A stretch of 64,000 nt of DNA from Hydrolagus colliei. Its lineage: Eukaryota. Within the stretch, counting starts at the first letter, position 1, and every line of letters begins with the position of its first letter. A program made the translations under genes and the position numbers. Shown in pieces: positions 26,265 through 38,674 of this stretch. A model generated the notes under the pieces. The model did no database searches. It was given only the letters and a program-made list of their open reading frames with translations, and was not told the DNA's origin. The stretch spans positions 12,710,001-12,774,000 of the forward strand of contig CM068748.1 in NCBI GenBank assembly GCA_035084275.1. The letters are read 5' to 3'.

Positions 26265-26604
26265 ATAAAGGGATTCGATAGGGCAGCTACACAGAAACTG
26301 TTTCTTCTGGTGGGGGAATCCAGAACATGGGGCATAAGCGTACAATTAGAGCTAAGCCATTTAGGAGTGAAATCAGGAAGTATTTTTTCACACAAAGGGT
26401 AGTGGAAATTCTCTCTCCCATTAGGCTCCCATTAGCATTCAAATTTTCAAGACTGAGGTGGACCGATTTTTGTTAACTGAGTGTATCAAGCAACGGATAT
26501 GGGGCAAAGGTGGATAATTGGAATTGCAGTACAGATCGGCCATGATCTCATAGAATGGCAGACACACTCAATAAGCTGAATGGCCTACCCCTGTTCCTAT
26601 GTTC
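26265..26604 (+). mobile_element. CR1 LINE 3' fragment
   Basis: aaactgtttcttctggtgggggaatccagaac, ttcacacaaagggtagtggaa, gctgaatggcctacccctgttcctatgttc; homologous to the 3' part of 38675-40075. Confidence 0.9.
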
Positions 26605-27759
26605 ATCACTTCTGCTGAAAAGCGTTGTAGTATCAAACAAATCAATGCATCTCTTCTTCCTTTTCCACAGTAATTGGATTTCTATTGTAAACATTAATAC
26701 TTCTCTGAAATTAAACAAGGAGCAACATAGTATTAAAAAATAAGTATTTTTCCTTCCGCTTGGGAGAATGTTGTGTTTATAATTTTGACTGCTGCTTTGG
26801 GAGACCTGCCATACTGGTCTGCAACACAGCAAGGAGCCGTGCAGCTGATACCACAAACATGCTTGCCAGCAAGTGGCTCCACAGTGTTAGCACAGAACAG
26901 CAGTCTTCTCAGTCCTGGATCAGATACTGAAGCATCAGCAGCTTAAGATTCAGCTCAATAGGTGCCAAATTCATAGTGGTGAGCAGCTTTATGCCACGTT
27001 TGTAGAAATACAATATTTAGTCTGAGATATAATACCCCTAGACACAATACCCATCATCAGCATCATCAATAATCACTCAATAAATTTCACAATAATGTGT
27101 TCTTTTCTGTAGACATCATCACACAGAAGCTACATACAGTACAGCAACAGTTTTGCACTCATTCAATAACCAAAAAGCCTGAGGATTGATAGGGAAAAGA
27201 GGATGGAGATTCGTGAAATTGTGTTGGCTTAGACCATAATCGATAATACCATGATCAGTGGCACCAAAGAAAGATATGATCCTGATGTAGGTGTGCAATA
27301 TTAGCCCTCAGAAGGTTAATAGACTATTCTTATTTATTAAATTTTTAACAAGACTTCATTTGCAGATTTGTATGAATCCAAGCCTTATCTTATTATAATC
27401 CTCTTACATTTAGTAAAGGGATGGGGGCTTTTCCAGCTATGCAGAAAGAACACAATTACATTGGTCCATCAGTTGCTAATTTAGTACAATAATTCTATAT
27501 TTGTTCAGAATTCTGCTAACACTGGCCTGTGGATAGACTCTGTATTGTTGGAGCAAATTCAGTTAATCTAAAAATATGCAGTCACTACAGTTAATACCAA
27601 TTTTTTGCAAAGTCCTTTGACACAGAAAGGATACATCAAATACACAGAAGTTACATCATAAGCAAATGTTTTTCATTTTTAATGCTTTTTCCCAGCAACC
27701 AGCACTCAATTGAAGTACTCAAGCACAAATCCATGTTTGCTGGAACACTTTTCCCAAAT

Positions 27760-27927
27760 CACATTTTACCTTAAAAAGCCTAAAGCCTGATCTTCAAACT
27801 TGTGGTTTACTTCGCTCATGCCTCCCACTTCCTGCTTGGTGGCCTTGTTCACTTAAACAGTTGCATATTGTTAAGCACTTTGAGACTAGGTGCAAAGACA
27901 CGTTATATAAATGTAAGTTGTGTTGTA
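27760..27927 (+). mobile_element. old L2 3' remnant
   Basis: ttgttaagcactttgagac...ttatataaatgtaagttgtgttg. Confidence 0.55.
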
Positions 27928-30900
27928 GTGTACATTTTTTCATACATGTGCAATTCAATCAATGTTGAACACTGAGATGCTCTCCCCTATACTTCCCTCA
28001 ATAAACTATTTCATCAGGCTGCAAATTATCACAGCCTCAAGATGTACCGCATCAGCGGAAGAACCATTAAGATTTATTTGAAAGAATGCGGTCATTCTTG
28101 TTGTTGGAATAAAATTTAGGATCAATATGCATGGCCTTTTAAACATCAAAGGACTTTGTAGACTGCACAAGTTCTGAACATAAAAAGTTTTCCTCTTCAG
28201 GTAATAACTACTTTTTCACCCGAAGAAGACCTCAGAGATTTTCAAAGCTTCAGTGCATTAAAACATACTCAGCTAGGTAAGACAGGCTTTGATCTTTACC
28301 CTCTCCATTTTTGACAATGACTGAAACATTGCAAACGTTTGCAAAATATATTTCTATCTGTTGCTCCTTCAAGAAAGAGAAGAACTCAAGATTGGCTGGC
28401 AGTGCTGACTGCATATTTCACTGTGATAAAGTAATGTAGATAACAGAACATTGCATGTTACTGACAGGTCCAATTACAATTTTGAAGTTTGAAAATGCCA
28501 GCAATAGCATTATTGTGTGCAATGCTCTGAGGGTACAATTTAAATTCAAGTTGTTGTTGACTGTAAATGTTTATTTATCTTTATCTGTGGCTTAAATATT
28601 GCATCCGAGGTTGCAGTTTTCAATAAGAAAAAAGAATTCATCATCTGAGTCACAAGGTGAAATTTCTGAAATAAATGTACTTTCTTTCCATTTAGGACAC
28701 TGAAAAATCATTGCTTTCCTTTAGTTATCAAGGACAGTGAATAAATAGTATCACAATATGAACAATAAAATCATGATTGTTACCTGCTAGCATCATATAC
28801 CTGTAAAGCACCATGACTTCAAAGAGCACAAAATCTCACTGAATAAGTGTTTTTCAAAAAGCACATCATTTATACATGCAACCTCGAGAATTCACTTGCT
28901 TCTCAAACACCACATGCTATATCCATTTCACCATGGTTCTGCGGCCACTGGTCTTTGCCAGGATGTCAAGCGCAAAAATAGCAGTTCACAGACATTTCTG
29001 CAGACAGATTGTCCACTTCAGATGTAATTACAGTTTGAGGACCTGGCAGACAGGTCTTTGAATAGAACATCAATCAGCAGGGTAGCCACTATTTATGGCT
29101 CTTGTCTGCTAGGCTGTAGTTCTGACTACAAACACGGAGGAGTCATATGACACGAGATAAATTGACCTCGGATGGCAGGTGTGGTGGTCTGTGAGCTGTG
29201 GCATTTCATAATCATACACAATTAATCCCGTCATCTTTTCATCCAAACATGAAGTAGAAGAAATGATTAGTATTTCATTGGTATAAGATTCACTCACTAA
29301 TGCCACTGGGCCAACTCTTTCTTTCCATCTTTTCTCATTTGGTCGTAATAGGAAATTCAATAGGTGCTGGACAGGTTTAACACAACACTGATTTCACAGG
29401 AACATTTTCAACATTTACTGTAGGGATAATTGATACTGTATTATGGAATTGAAGGTCAATAAAGAAATATTAAACAGTATTGAATAAGCAAATGTGAGAA
29501 GGCAAATTCAGACAAAGCAACTAGGCTACATTTCAGCTTTGGTGTCAATTCTGGGCAAGAGGAGTGGTATAGAAATGAGACCTATTCTTGATTCACTTTT
29601 GTAGTACATGTGGCCTGACCCTTCAATAACTTCAGTGTTCTTTCTCAGTTAAGAGCTTTTAAAGGAAGAACAGGAAAGAAATGGCAGCATAAAATACTCT
29701 TTACATCTCCTTTACCCAATTGTACAGTATTTCAATGGTGTGTAGTGGGAACTGACATCAAAAAAGACTGACATTGCATGCAATATAGAATCAATATACA
29801 ACTGGGTTGTAAAGTGGAGGAAATAAATCTTGTGTAATTATGGTTGGATACCAAAAGCCACCAAAAGAATTCATGGCAAATCTGTAGCAGGTGGTAAATA
29901 AACTGGGCTTCCTCAGAACTGGAAGGCAGTCAACTCAGTGGCTGTTTCCTGCAATTGTCGTTTCTATATCAAAGAAGCCGCTTTCTTATTTTGGCAGGAG
30001 GTGCTGGATGAATAGTTCAAGCTCTCCAGAAATCCAACTCAATGGAAGAGGGACAGAAACAATTTTGTATTAAATTCTGACTGAAAAATAAATGATTTGC
30101 TTACTATATCATCATAAACGTCTCCTCAAATAATCTCAGTCCAGAATAAATGTTTTAAAGTGAGAATCTCTTCAAGCAAACAGTGTCTGGGGCCAGAACA
30201 ACCACTTGAAACCACCCAGAGAGGCTATAGTGATACATTTTCACTTGGTTCATGTTTCTTGTTTTCAACTTTGTGCAACGATTATACATCCATCATTTTC
30301 TGACTATATTTTCAATGTAACTCTGCACATTTTCTGAGAAGACAATAAAAATAATGATCTTTGTACAGTAGAAGCCCGTTTATTTGTGACTTGATGCACC
30401 GGCACTTCCGTATAACCGGCACACCAAAGAAAAGTCCCCATTCGATAAACTGGAGCTTATCCGGAACAGTAGCAGTGGAGCATTTGTAAATGCATAAATA
30501 ATAACATAACAACAGAATACAGCATTGCGAGAAACTCCCTTGGATGGACAGATGAAGAATTATGAACTGTCTGATAATCTTGAAAGCCCACGTGGTGTAA
30601 TTAAGATCGAGGCACAATCTTGGATGACTTGATTGTCAAAGCTCAATTTATACAGCTGGTGCTTATCCTTGCCATATTAATGCTTATGACATTCAGAGTG
30701 ATATGAATGGTGTTTTAATCTTACTTCAAGTAGATATTTAGACACAAATTGAAATTGTTTTCTTGGAGTTGCCTTTTGTTTCATCTCTCCCTGAATATGC
30801 TCACATAAAAAAGGAATGATGGAAGTCTGAAATTCCTGAACAAATCTCTGATTCTGACCTGGGTTCTAGTTGTACGTGTTTTATAATTACTCTAGTGCAT

Positions 30901-31184
30901 GTGTGTTACTCAGGCTTTGAAACGATTACAAATTGAAGTTTCAAAATCCCACAGGGCCACAATGTAACTTAAGAGAAGGTAATCATGTAGACAACTCTCC
31001 CAAATGGAAACTCCATTATTTATGGCTGAAATTTGAGCAAAGAGGATGTGAAGTTAATATTTTCAAAAACATAACTCAACATCTGTTGCCCTACTATATA
31101 AGTTAAGATAGAATGATTGTATTGTTCTGGATTTCAACTGAGCAAAGATAACAAAAGTGTACAAGAATGTAATTTATCCATCAT

Positions 31185-31607
31185 CCAGAGGATCCAATTC
31201 AAGATCCTGGTTCAAGATCCTGGACACATTCAAAGTCCTCCATGGCCTCGCCCCACCCTACATCTGTGACCTCCTAACCCCCAACCAACCTGCCAGCTCC
31301 CTCTGTTCAGCAGGCTGTGGCTTGCTCCACATCCCCCGACCCGCCCGCCTCAGCATTGGCGGACGAGCCTTCAGCCACACTGCCCCCAACCTCTTGAACT
31401 CCATCCCGCAGTCCTTCTGCCTCGCTCCTCCCTGGCCTCCTTCAAGTCCTTTTCGATGGTTCCATCGGTCACCTCAATACCCCCCTTTTCCTTTCAGCCT
31501 CCAGTCCCCGCCCCCAGCTCAGGTCTGAAACAATGACTGTCCAGCGCCTTGGGACATCCTCCTGACGTGAAAGGCGCTATACAAGTGTAATTTTGTTGTT
31601 TCGTTGT
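31185..31607 (+). mobile_element. L2 3' fragment
   Basis: FKILDTFKVLHGLAPPYICDLL, IGGRAFSHTAPNLLNSIPQS; tail agcgccttgggacatcctcctgacgtgaaaggcgct. Confidence 0.93.
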
Positions 31608-31631
31608 TTATAAATTCATTTCAATTCATTT

Positions 31632-31945
31632 TATAAGAATGTAAGAAGGGTGAGAAAGGTAATTTGGCCGATTTGATCTTATTTCTAGACTTCCCATTTA
31701 ACATTCTTCCTATTTCTGCATTGAGCTGCTTCTTAAATGAGGCAAGTGACCTGTCTTCCACCACCCTTCTTGATACTTCAATTCAGCTCTGAATTGCCCT
31801 CTGTTTAATTAAATCCTTTGTGTTGTCTGTCCAAAAACTGCCCTTCACAATCCTCAACCTGTGCCCTCTTATTTCTTCTTTGGGTAATCTGCAAATATTT
31901 ACCGCATTGACTTCCCCAGTTAATATCTTATACTCAATTACTGAG
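31632..31945 (-). mobile_element. old CR1 3' fragment
   Basis: ataagaatgtaagaa tail; gcttcttaaatga, ccaccaccctt, aacctgtgccctctt motifs. Confidence 0.7.
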
Positions 31946-32669
31946 TCAACTTGCATTCAGGTGTACTGCACTTTGTTTTTCGGTGATGAGTCCAGGTGTG
32001 TACCCAGTCCAGCACTTTCTCAGGCCTTGGCAGCCTTCTTGGATTCAGGATTTCCTCTAAGTTTAGCAACACCTCCAAATGTTACAAACTTGCACTAGGT
32101 TTGTGATTCAAGGTCATTCATAAATGTGTGTGAGGAATAGGAGTTATCTAAGGACAAACCTAAAAATTTCTAAATTTTGGCAGCTCCTCATCAATAATGG
32201 CTTTCAAAAGAGCAATATGTGGAAAGCTATCCAAATATACCATTTTCCAATTTTCCTGACGGCTAACCTTCCTTGAGATGAGCAAATATGCAAATACATT
32301 ATCTATATTAGAAATGTCTGGAATTTGGGAGATTAGCCCGTCCTGTTGTCAATGAATTAATTATTTTTTTCAGCTTTAGCCAGACGGAAACAATTCTTTA
32401 AATACCACAGAAAAACAGAACCAAAACCAAGAGAACTGTACCAAACAAGCATAAACTTAAATTGGTGATTGGCATGCAGCACGGTGGTCAGAGGCAAGGC
32501 TCCAACATCTCAATGCACTTATACTATTAGGACTTTGTTTTGAATTTAAAATTGGATCCCTGTTTCAATTCTGCCAATTCCTTTAGTTTACAGAAAATTA
32601 AGGATTTGTGAGAATGCTGAATGGATCAATCAATATGCAACTTTTTCATCAATATTCAATCTAATTATT

Positions 32670-33773
32670 TTATGTCACTGAATGCTTATCTATTTGCTCC
32701 TGTTTCATACCCCCTCCTTGTTTCACGCCCTGCTTGTTGGCCTTCCCAACTGTTTGCTCCAACAACAACAACAACAAATTACATTTATAGGGCGCCTTTC
32801 ACGTCGGGAGGACGTCCCAAGGCGCTGCACAGGAGGCGTGTGACCCGAGCTGAGAGGGGAGTGTTTGGGAAGGGGTGAAACACGAAGGGGAGGTCGAAAA
32901 ATTCGGGGTGGAACAAAAGGCACGGTCGAAGAGGAAAGTCTTCAAACCGGCCTTGAAAGAGGAAAGGGAAGAAACGAGACGGAGGGATTGAGGGATGGCA
33001 TTCCATAGGGTGGGAGCGGAGAAACTGAAGGCCTGGCCTCCGATGGTGGGGTGGTTCGGGCGGGGGGCTTGGAGCAGGCCAGGTCCTGTTGAACGGAGGG
33101 TCCGAGTGGGCTTGTAGGGGGAAAGTAGATTGGTTAAATAGGGCGGGGCAAGGCCGTGTAAGGCCTTGAAGGTGAGGACGAGGATCTTGAACTCGATCCT
33201 CTGGAGAATGGGGAGCTCCACAGGCTGAAGATCATCCAGAACACTGCAGGCCTTGTCCTCTCCCACTCTATAAGCCCATCTCCCCTTTCTCGCCCGATTC
33301 CTTTGGTTCGCCATCACCCAGAGGAATCAATTCAAGATCCTTGTCCTCACTTTGAAGCCCCTCCATGGCTTCGCCCCACCCCACCTCTGTGACCTACAAA
33401 CTCTCTATCAACCTGTTTTCTCCTTAATCCCTATCAATGTGCCCATTTCCTCCGCTCAGTGGGCTCCAGCCTGCTTCATGTCCCCTGACCCATCCACCTC
33501 ACCATCAGAGGGCGAGCCTTCAGCCACTTTTCCCTCAACCTCTGGAACTACTGCAATTCCTCTGTCTCGCCCCCTCCCTAGCCTCCTTCAAGTCCCAACT
33601 CAAGACACTCCTCTTTGACGGTCCCATTGGTCAGCCCCCACCGCCCCTCCTTTCGCTCCACCCTCCCTGATCCCGACCCCAGCTCGGGTCTGGAATACTG
33701 ACTGTCCAGCATCTTGGGATGACCTCCTGACGTGAAAGGCCCTATACAAATGTAATTTTGTTACTGCTGTTGT
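32670..33773 (+). mobile_element. older L2 3' fragment, host of a nested L2
   Basis: ALLVGLPNCLL|HRLKIIQN reads through once 32762-33219 (insert plus one TSD copy) is removed; tail at 33707-33773. Confidence 0.85.
32762..33213 (-). mobile_element. young L2 3' fragment with open ORF2 C-terminus
   Basis: QRIEFKILVLTFKALHGLAPPYL...WNAIPQSLR...SFKAGLKTFLF; CpGs retained; TSD gctcca at 32756-32761 and 33214-33219. Confidence 0.95.
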
Positions 33774-36189
33774 TTGTACCTGTATCCCTGTATTGCTCCC
33801 ATGCAAAATTTTACTCAGTATTCCTCTATAGCATTTATTATTTATGATTATATATTTGTATGCCATTGGCTATTCTTTCTCATTTGGGATGGGTTTGGCC
33901 AGAGTGAGTTACAGTTTCATCCATTATGTTTGGGGAATAATACATTTCTTTACAGAACTTTCCCTCTGGAAATGAACAAAGTAAGACCACAATAAGGTTG
34001 ATGTTATTTGGTTTGTGAAAAGTCTTTTGGGGAAAATATCTTATTCTTATACAGTACCATACTTCCTTACATCTAATCTATATCCAGACAAATAAAAGTG
34101 TTACAAGAGAGGAGATAGGACACTGGCAGTAAAATTACTTGATTGTTTCAGTTTGTCCCAGCTTCATATTATCACAAGTTTCACCAGCAAATAGCCATCA
34201 ACACTGATCTATAAATGGCAAATGGTATTTAAATCCAGGAAGCATTCTTTCAAACCCGAGATTGCCAGCCTACAGGCTGTCTTTATGCTGACTCTGCTAT
34301 CAAGTATTTTCTTACTAGGAATAATTTTAGATATAAATACCACAAAAATGTACTTTCTATGAAATATTCAAGACTTATTTGCCTAATTTTCAAAACTGTA
34401 AGTTCAAAACAACATATTATGGTCCATTTTAAATCATGAAAGAAACTAGCAATTTTCTTCCATTCCAGGAAAAAAATAACAAAAACTCGAAACTGAATTT
34501 AGTTTTCAGTGTCAAGAGACCTTCAGTTGTCTTGTGATAAATTAGCCTTTCAATGCAGAGCTAGATCAGGATGACATTCCCAGAGTCACTGACATTTCAC
34601 AGGATGCATGAGATTCCCAACTATCTCATTTTTAATACTGCTATCATGTCCACAACATTCTGCGGAAAGCACAGAGCCGTACATTTCCTTTGGATCATTT
34701 ATCCTGAATCCGTACAAAAATTGCACAGTCTAATCCATCAATGACTTTATAGTTCCTCCTTAGATTTACAAAAAGTTCAGTGCTGTCTTGTGAAAAGTCA
34801 ATGATATTTTATACAGATGTTAATATTACCAGTCAGAGCCTGATTGGAATGCCTGTATAATAATATAGGATTACACACAAATTGCCTTATTTTTATCTAC
34901 GTACAGGTTGAGATAATTACTTAAACACCATAAAAAAAACTGACTTTTCATTTCATAAGGAAGTCTCGAGGAAATAAAGGTACATAAAAAATAAATCCTC
35001 TATTCTGAACTCTACATAAGCAAAATTTGAATAACACTCAATAATCAACAACATGGACAGCCAGGGACAAGTCAGATTAGATTCCAGATTCACCTTTTGC
35101 ACAAGAGTGAAAAAATGAAGTGCTTTGCTTCACACCAAATCTCACTGCAAATAAAGTTATGCAGAGATATTCCACCTGTGGATAGATTTAGTTTATTTAT
35201 GAAGCATTTAGTGTGTCTACAATTTGAAAAATAAAGTTTAATTCAGTCTTACTCTTTCAATAGTTTTCCCATTGTTCTTAAAAGAACTTGCTGTTTTGTA
35301 TATGTTTATTTGATCAGTGATAGCCCATGATACTATTGAGAGTGTCATTTTAAGGAGTCAGAGTTGATCAATGTGAGAAAGCTGAACTAGCACAGCAGCA
35401 ATGCAGCTATAAACCCTGATGCTTAAGTTATGCACATTAACTTAAGATTCTTTGTGATTCTGTTCATAGTAATTCTCCCAACCTATCAGTAATTCTGATG
35501 CTCTCCTGAACATTTGCTTTTTGAAGGAGTATGGTCATCCCTTTTTGAAAAGCTTTTTTGTAGCATCAATAAACAAGCAACAGAACCATAATCAGGCAGG
35601 TAAAATCCTCAAGACATAAGCCCGAACCACTTTGATAGCAAGGACTAGCATATTTGGACTGGTTAAAGCAATAACTGCACTGTAAGGTTTTTTTTACTAC
35701 CATGACAATTAAGGATTCCAAAGGACAGTTGCATAATTCAATTGAATTAATATAAATAACTGGAATAATGTGTTTCTTCAAACCTCACTTTACATAATTC
35801 AAGTAGTTAATTAGGATAAAAACAGTAATAGATACTCAATTTTCAATTTAATGAGAGTCAGAGCCAATAACTGATGCTTACATTGACTGGAGAGAATAAT
35901 GATCTGGTTCCTATTCTGACTGACCATGAATTGAAGCTGCTAACTACATTGACGAGGCAATACGCTGTGCTGTGAAAACGTGCCAAACAGAATAATTTGT
36001 CTTACAGTATATATGATATGGTGAACAAACTCTCATTTTAAAGTAGTAATGTTGTGAAAATTAAAAGCAACACTTACCTGTTGTGTCTCAAATGGAAGGA
36101 AGTTTTTTTTAAGCACAAATAGAAAGTGAACATGCTACAAGAGCAAATATTGAAGCCAAGTACATGAAAACTGAAAAAGACAAACGGAT

Positions 36190-36445
36190 GGAGATTTCAG
36201 ACGTAAAATGATTTTGGGGGGAAAAGCAGATAGCAACCTGACACAAGATGATAATAATAAGAATCCTTGCATTTCATGTAGCATCTTTCACTTTAGGAGA
36301 ATGCCTCAGTGCCCATGCAGAAATTGGCTGATCTGTTTACCTACAAATACACAGTCATTACACGTTATGGTAAATACTGTGAAGCACTTTGAGATGTCCT
36401 CCTGACATGAACAGCCTTAGATCAAGTAGAAAGATTTTGATTATT
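36190..36445 (+). mobile_element. old DeuSINE with nested antisense tail (about 36250-36312)
   Basis: aaattggctg...ctgtgaagcactttgagatgtcc preceded by ataataataagaatccttgcatt. Confidence 0.6.
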
Positions 36446-36499
36446 ACTGTTACTTGTCCTGGACTGATTATTTCTGCCAAACCATCAGTAATTGACTTA

Positions 36500-36545
36500 T
36501 GATGGGCCAGATAGCTTCCTTCTGTACTGAGATTTCTATATTTCT
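36500..36545 (+). mobile_element. CR1 3' end remnant
   Basis: atgatgggccagatagcttccttctgtactg. Confidence 0.5.
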
Positions 36546-36944
36546 AAAAGCCTCAGTTAGGACAACATTCAAAGCATACAATTTCCGTGAAATGGAGGGA
36601 TTTTTACGTTTTTTAACTAAGTTGGATGAATAGAGGTGAAATGCTAACTCCAGAGCAGTTCACAGATGTGCTTTTATGACAAAAGATGAAGCATTCACAC
36701 TTGATGCCAAAACGATCATTGACACAACAAATATACTTGTTTGCTTAACTTTTGTGCTTTATATTCTTTGGAAGCAATTCATATTCTCATTAAGTTGAGT
36801 TATTTCACTATTGACAAGCCATGCGAAAGATTCTAGAACATGTTAAAAGTTAGTTTAGTGAGTAATACAAAGTAAGCCATACAAATCGGAAGGTTGCAAG
36901 TTTGATCCTTATCCTGTCCAGAATTAACTTTAGGATGCACCAAA

Positions 36945-37205
36945 ACTGGAGAACATGAGAAAATAGGTGCAGTGTTACAAAGGGCAAATCCAGGACACAC
37001 ACAGGAAATGTTTCTTTACCTTCAGAGGGTAATCAACAACTGAAACAAGTTGTCAGGAACACTGGTTGAGGCTGGATGCAAATCAATAAAAAAAACAGCT
37101 GTAATGGGAAGGCAGTAAGGGTGGGTATTCTGGAAATGTCGGATCAGATGGACCAAAGTTTTTTTTTCATCTGAACTGATTTTGGAATCTTGTGAACTAA
37201 CATTT
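36945..37205 (+). mobile_element. old CR1 3' fragment
   Basis: aggaaatgtttctttac..cagagggtaatcaac, ggttgaggctg, gatggaccaaag. Confidence 0.55.
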
Positions 37206-37213
37206 GTTTTGAA

Positions 37214-37527
37214 GTCCTGTAGCTCAGTGATTAGAACACACGCATTACAAGCATGTGTTCGAATCCAGGCAGGTCAGAGCGAAATCTTGGGCAAGTTTCC
37301 TTACTCCACACGCCTAATAATAATCCCTCCAAAGAAAAAACACAATAATAAAATTGATCATTTCATTCCACGACTGTTTGTGGGACACTTTCTGTGCGCA
37401 ATTGGCTGCTGCATTTCGCCTACAAATATACACTCAATTCACTTTACAGTATATTCTGTGAAGTGCTTTCAGATGTCTAGAAGACACGAAAAGTGCTGTA
37501 TCAAATGTAAGGATTATTATTATTATT
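37214..37527 (+). mobile_element. young tRNA-derived Deu-type SINE, full length
   Basis: A box tagctcagtga, B box gttcgaatcc, Deu 3' motif tgtttgtgggac..tgtgcgcaattggctgc, L2-like stem-loop, (ATT)n tail. Confidence 0.93.
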
Positions 37528-37736
37528 GACAATGCCAAAGGAAAAATTAAATTTGAGGTTCTTACTTCCATAACAACAACTTTCATTTACTCACACAGCT
37601 TTGTAACACCGCACCTATGTTCTCATTTACTCCCACAGCAATTACTTCTGAGAGAAATGTAGTGACCCCTGGAATGTGCACATGTTGGGTGAAAACAATG
37701 CTAAGTTCGGCTGTGATATTCTTGAATCACCTTCTG

Positions 37737-37784
37737 GCACCCACTGTCTAAGGCTGCACACTGCACCCACTGTCTAAGGCTGCA
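37737..37784. repeat. tandem duplication, period 26
   Basis: gcacccactgtctaaggctgca at 37737 and 37763. Confidence 0.95.
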
Positions 37785-38139
37785 AAAGAATAGTAATTTG
37801 AGAAAAGTACCGCCTGTGGAACTGTATCCACCAAAGTGGATGTGTGGGGAAAAAAACAAGAGGAAAAATTAAATCAGATTAAAGATTTCCAGGATCTGCC
37901 CATTAAAAGGCAACAATAATCATCAATAATAATAAATACTACCATTACTAATAAGAATAATAATCTCTGCATTTGATATGGTAGAATTCACCAGACCTAT
38001 TAGTTCCGTTACTTTAAAAACTCAGGATTTACAATCAAATATCATGACAATTTGCTGCAAACATTCCCGTTTGGTTTTGCTGAACACACTGACACAGTGC
38101 CTTTCAAGTAGAAAGGATGTCTCAAAAACTGATGACTCA

Positions 38140-38590
38140 TGAGAACTGCCTTCTCATTATGAACAGTGCCATGGGATCTGTATATCCACCAGAACAGACT
38201 GACAGAATCTTGATTTAACATCTCATCTGAAGGATGGTGCCTACAGCCAGGCCTTCTCAGAGGTTCAGAGAGGCCCGGGCCACTTCCAACTTTTGAGGCC
38301 CCTGGCTATAAAATAAAATGAAGGTTAAGTTCCAAATCACGGCCTCACCATATTTAATAACTACAATATTAGTTAGTACGCACCACATTTTGGTTCGAAA
38401 GAGTGGCACATAAAAAGAACAAATCGCGAAACTTAACAAATGCCACAAAAATGAACGTGTCAAAATTTGAGGCCCCCTTTGAGCTTGACGCCCAGGGCAA
38501 ATGGCCCTCCTGGCCTCCCGTCTGATTGGCCCTGGCTACAACAATGCATTGCACTGGAATTTCAACGTGGACAATATGAAGTTCCTTGAA
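38140..38590 (-). mobile_element. old DeuSINE, interrupted by a hAT MITE
   Basis: agtgccatgggatct..atccacc..tttaacatctcatctgaaggatggtgcc resumes as tgcactggaatttca after the insertion. Confidence 0.7.
38248..38534. mobile_element. non-autonomous hAT DNA transposon (MITE)
   Basis: termini caggccttctcaga / tctgattggccctg; flanks cctacagc and gctacaac (6/8); repeated gaggccc motifs. Confidence 0.75.
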
Positions 38591-38674
38591 TCTTCAAGCA
38601 GTCACATCAATATCATGGTGGATGAGTATTTGTTGCCCCCTACATTAATTATTATCTGCCTTAACATTTAATTA

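Noticed and set aside
28329-28344. 16-bp palindrome ttgcaaacgtttgcaa (also a 14-bp one near 54111)
   Set aside because: Close to chance expectation in 64 kb of AT-rich DNA
32670-33773. Head-to-head double-tailed L2 as a single dual-priming event
   Set aside because: The host frame continues on both sides and TSD gctcca flanks the inner copy, so it is ordinary nesting
37214-37270. tRNA gene
   Set aside because: A and B boxes belong to the SINE head; no complete cloverleaf
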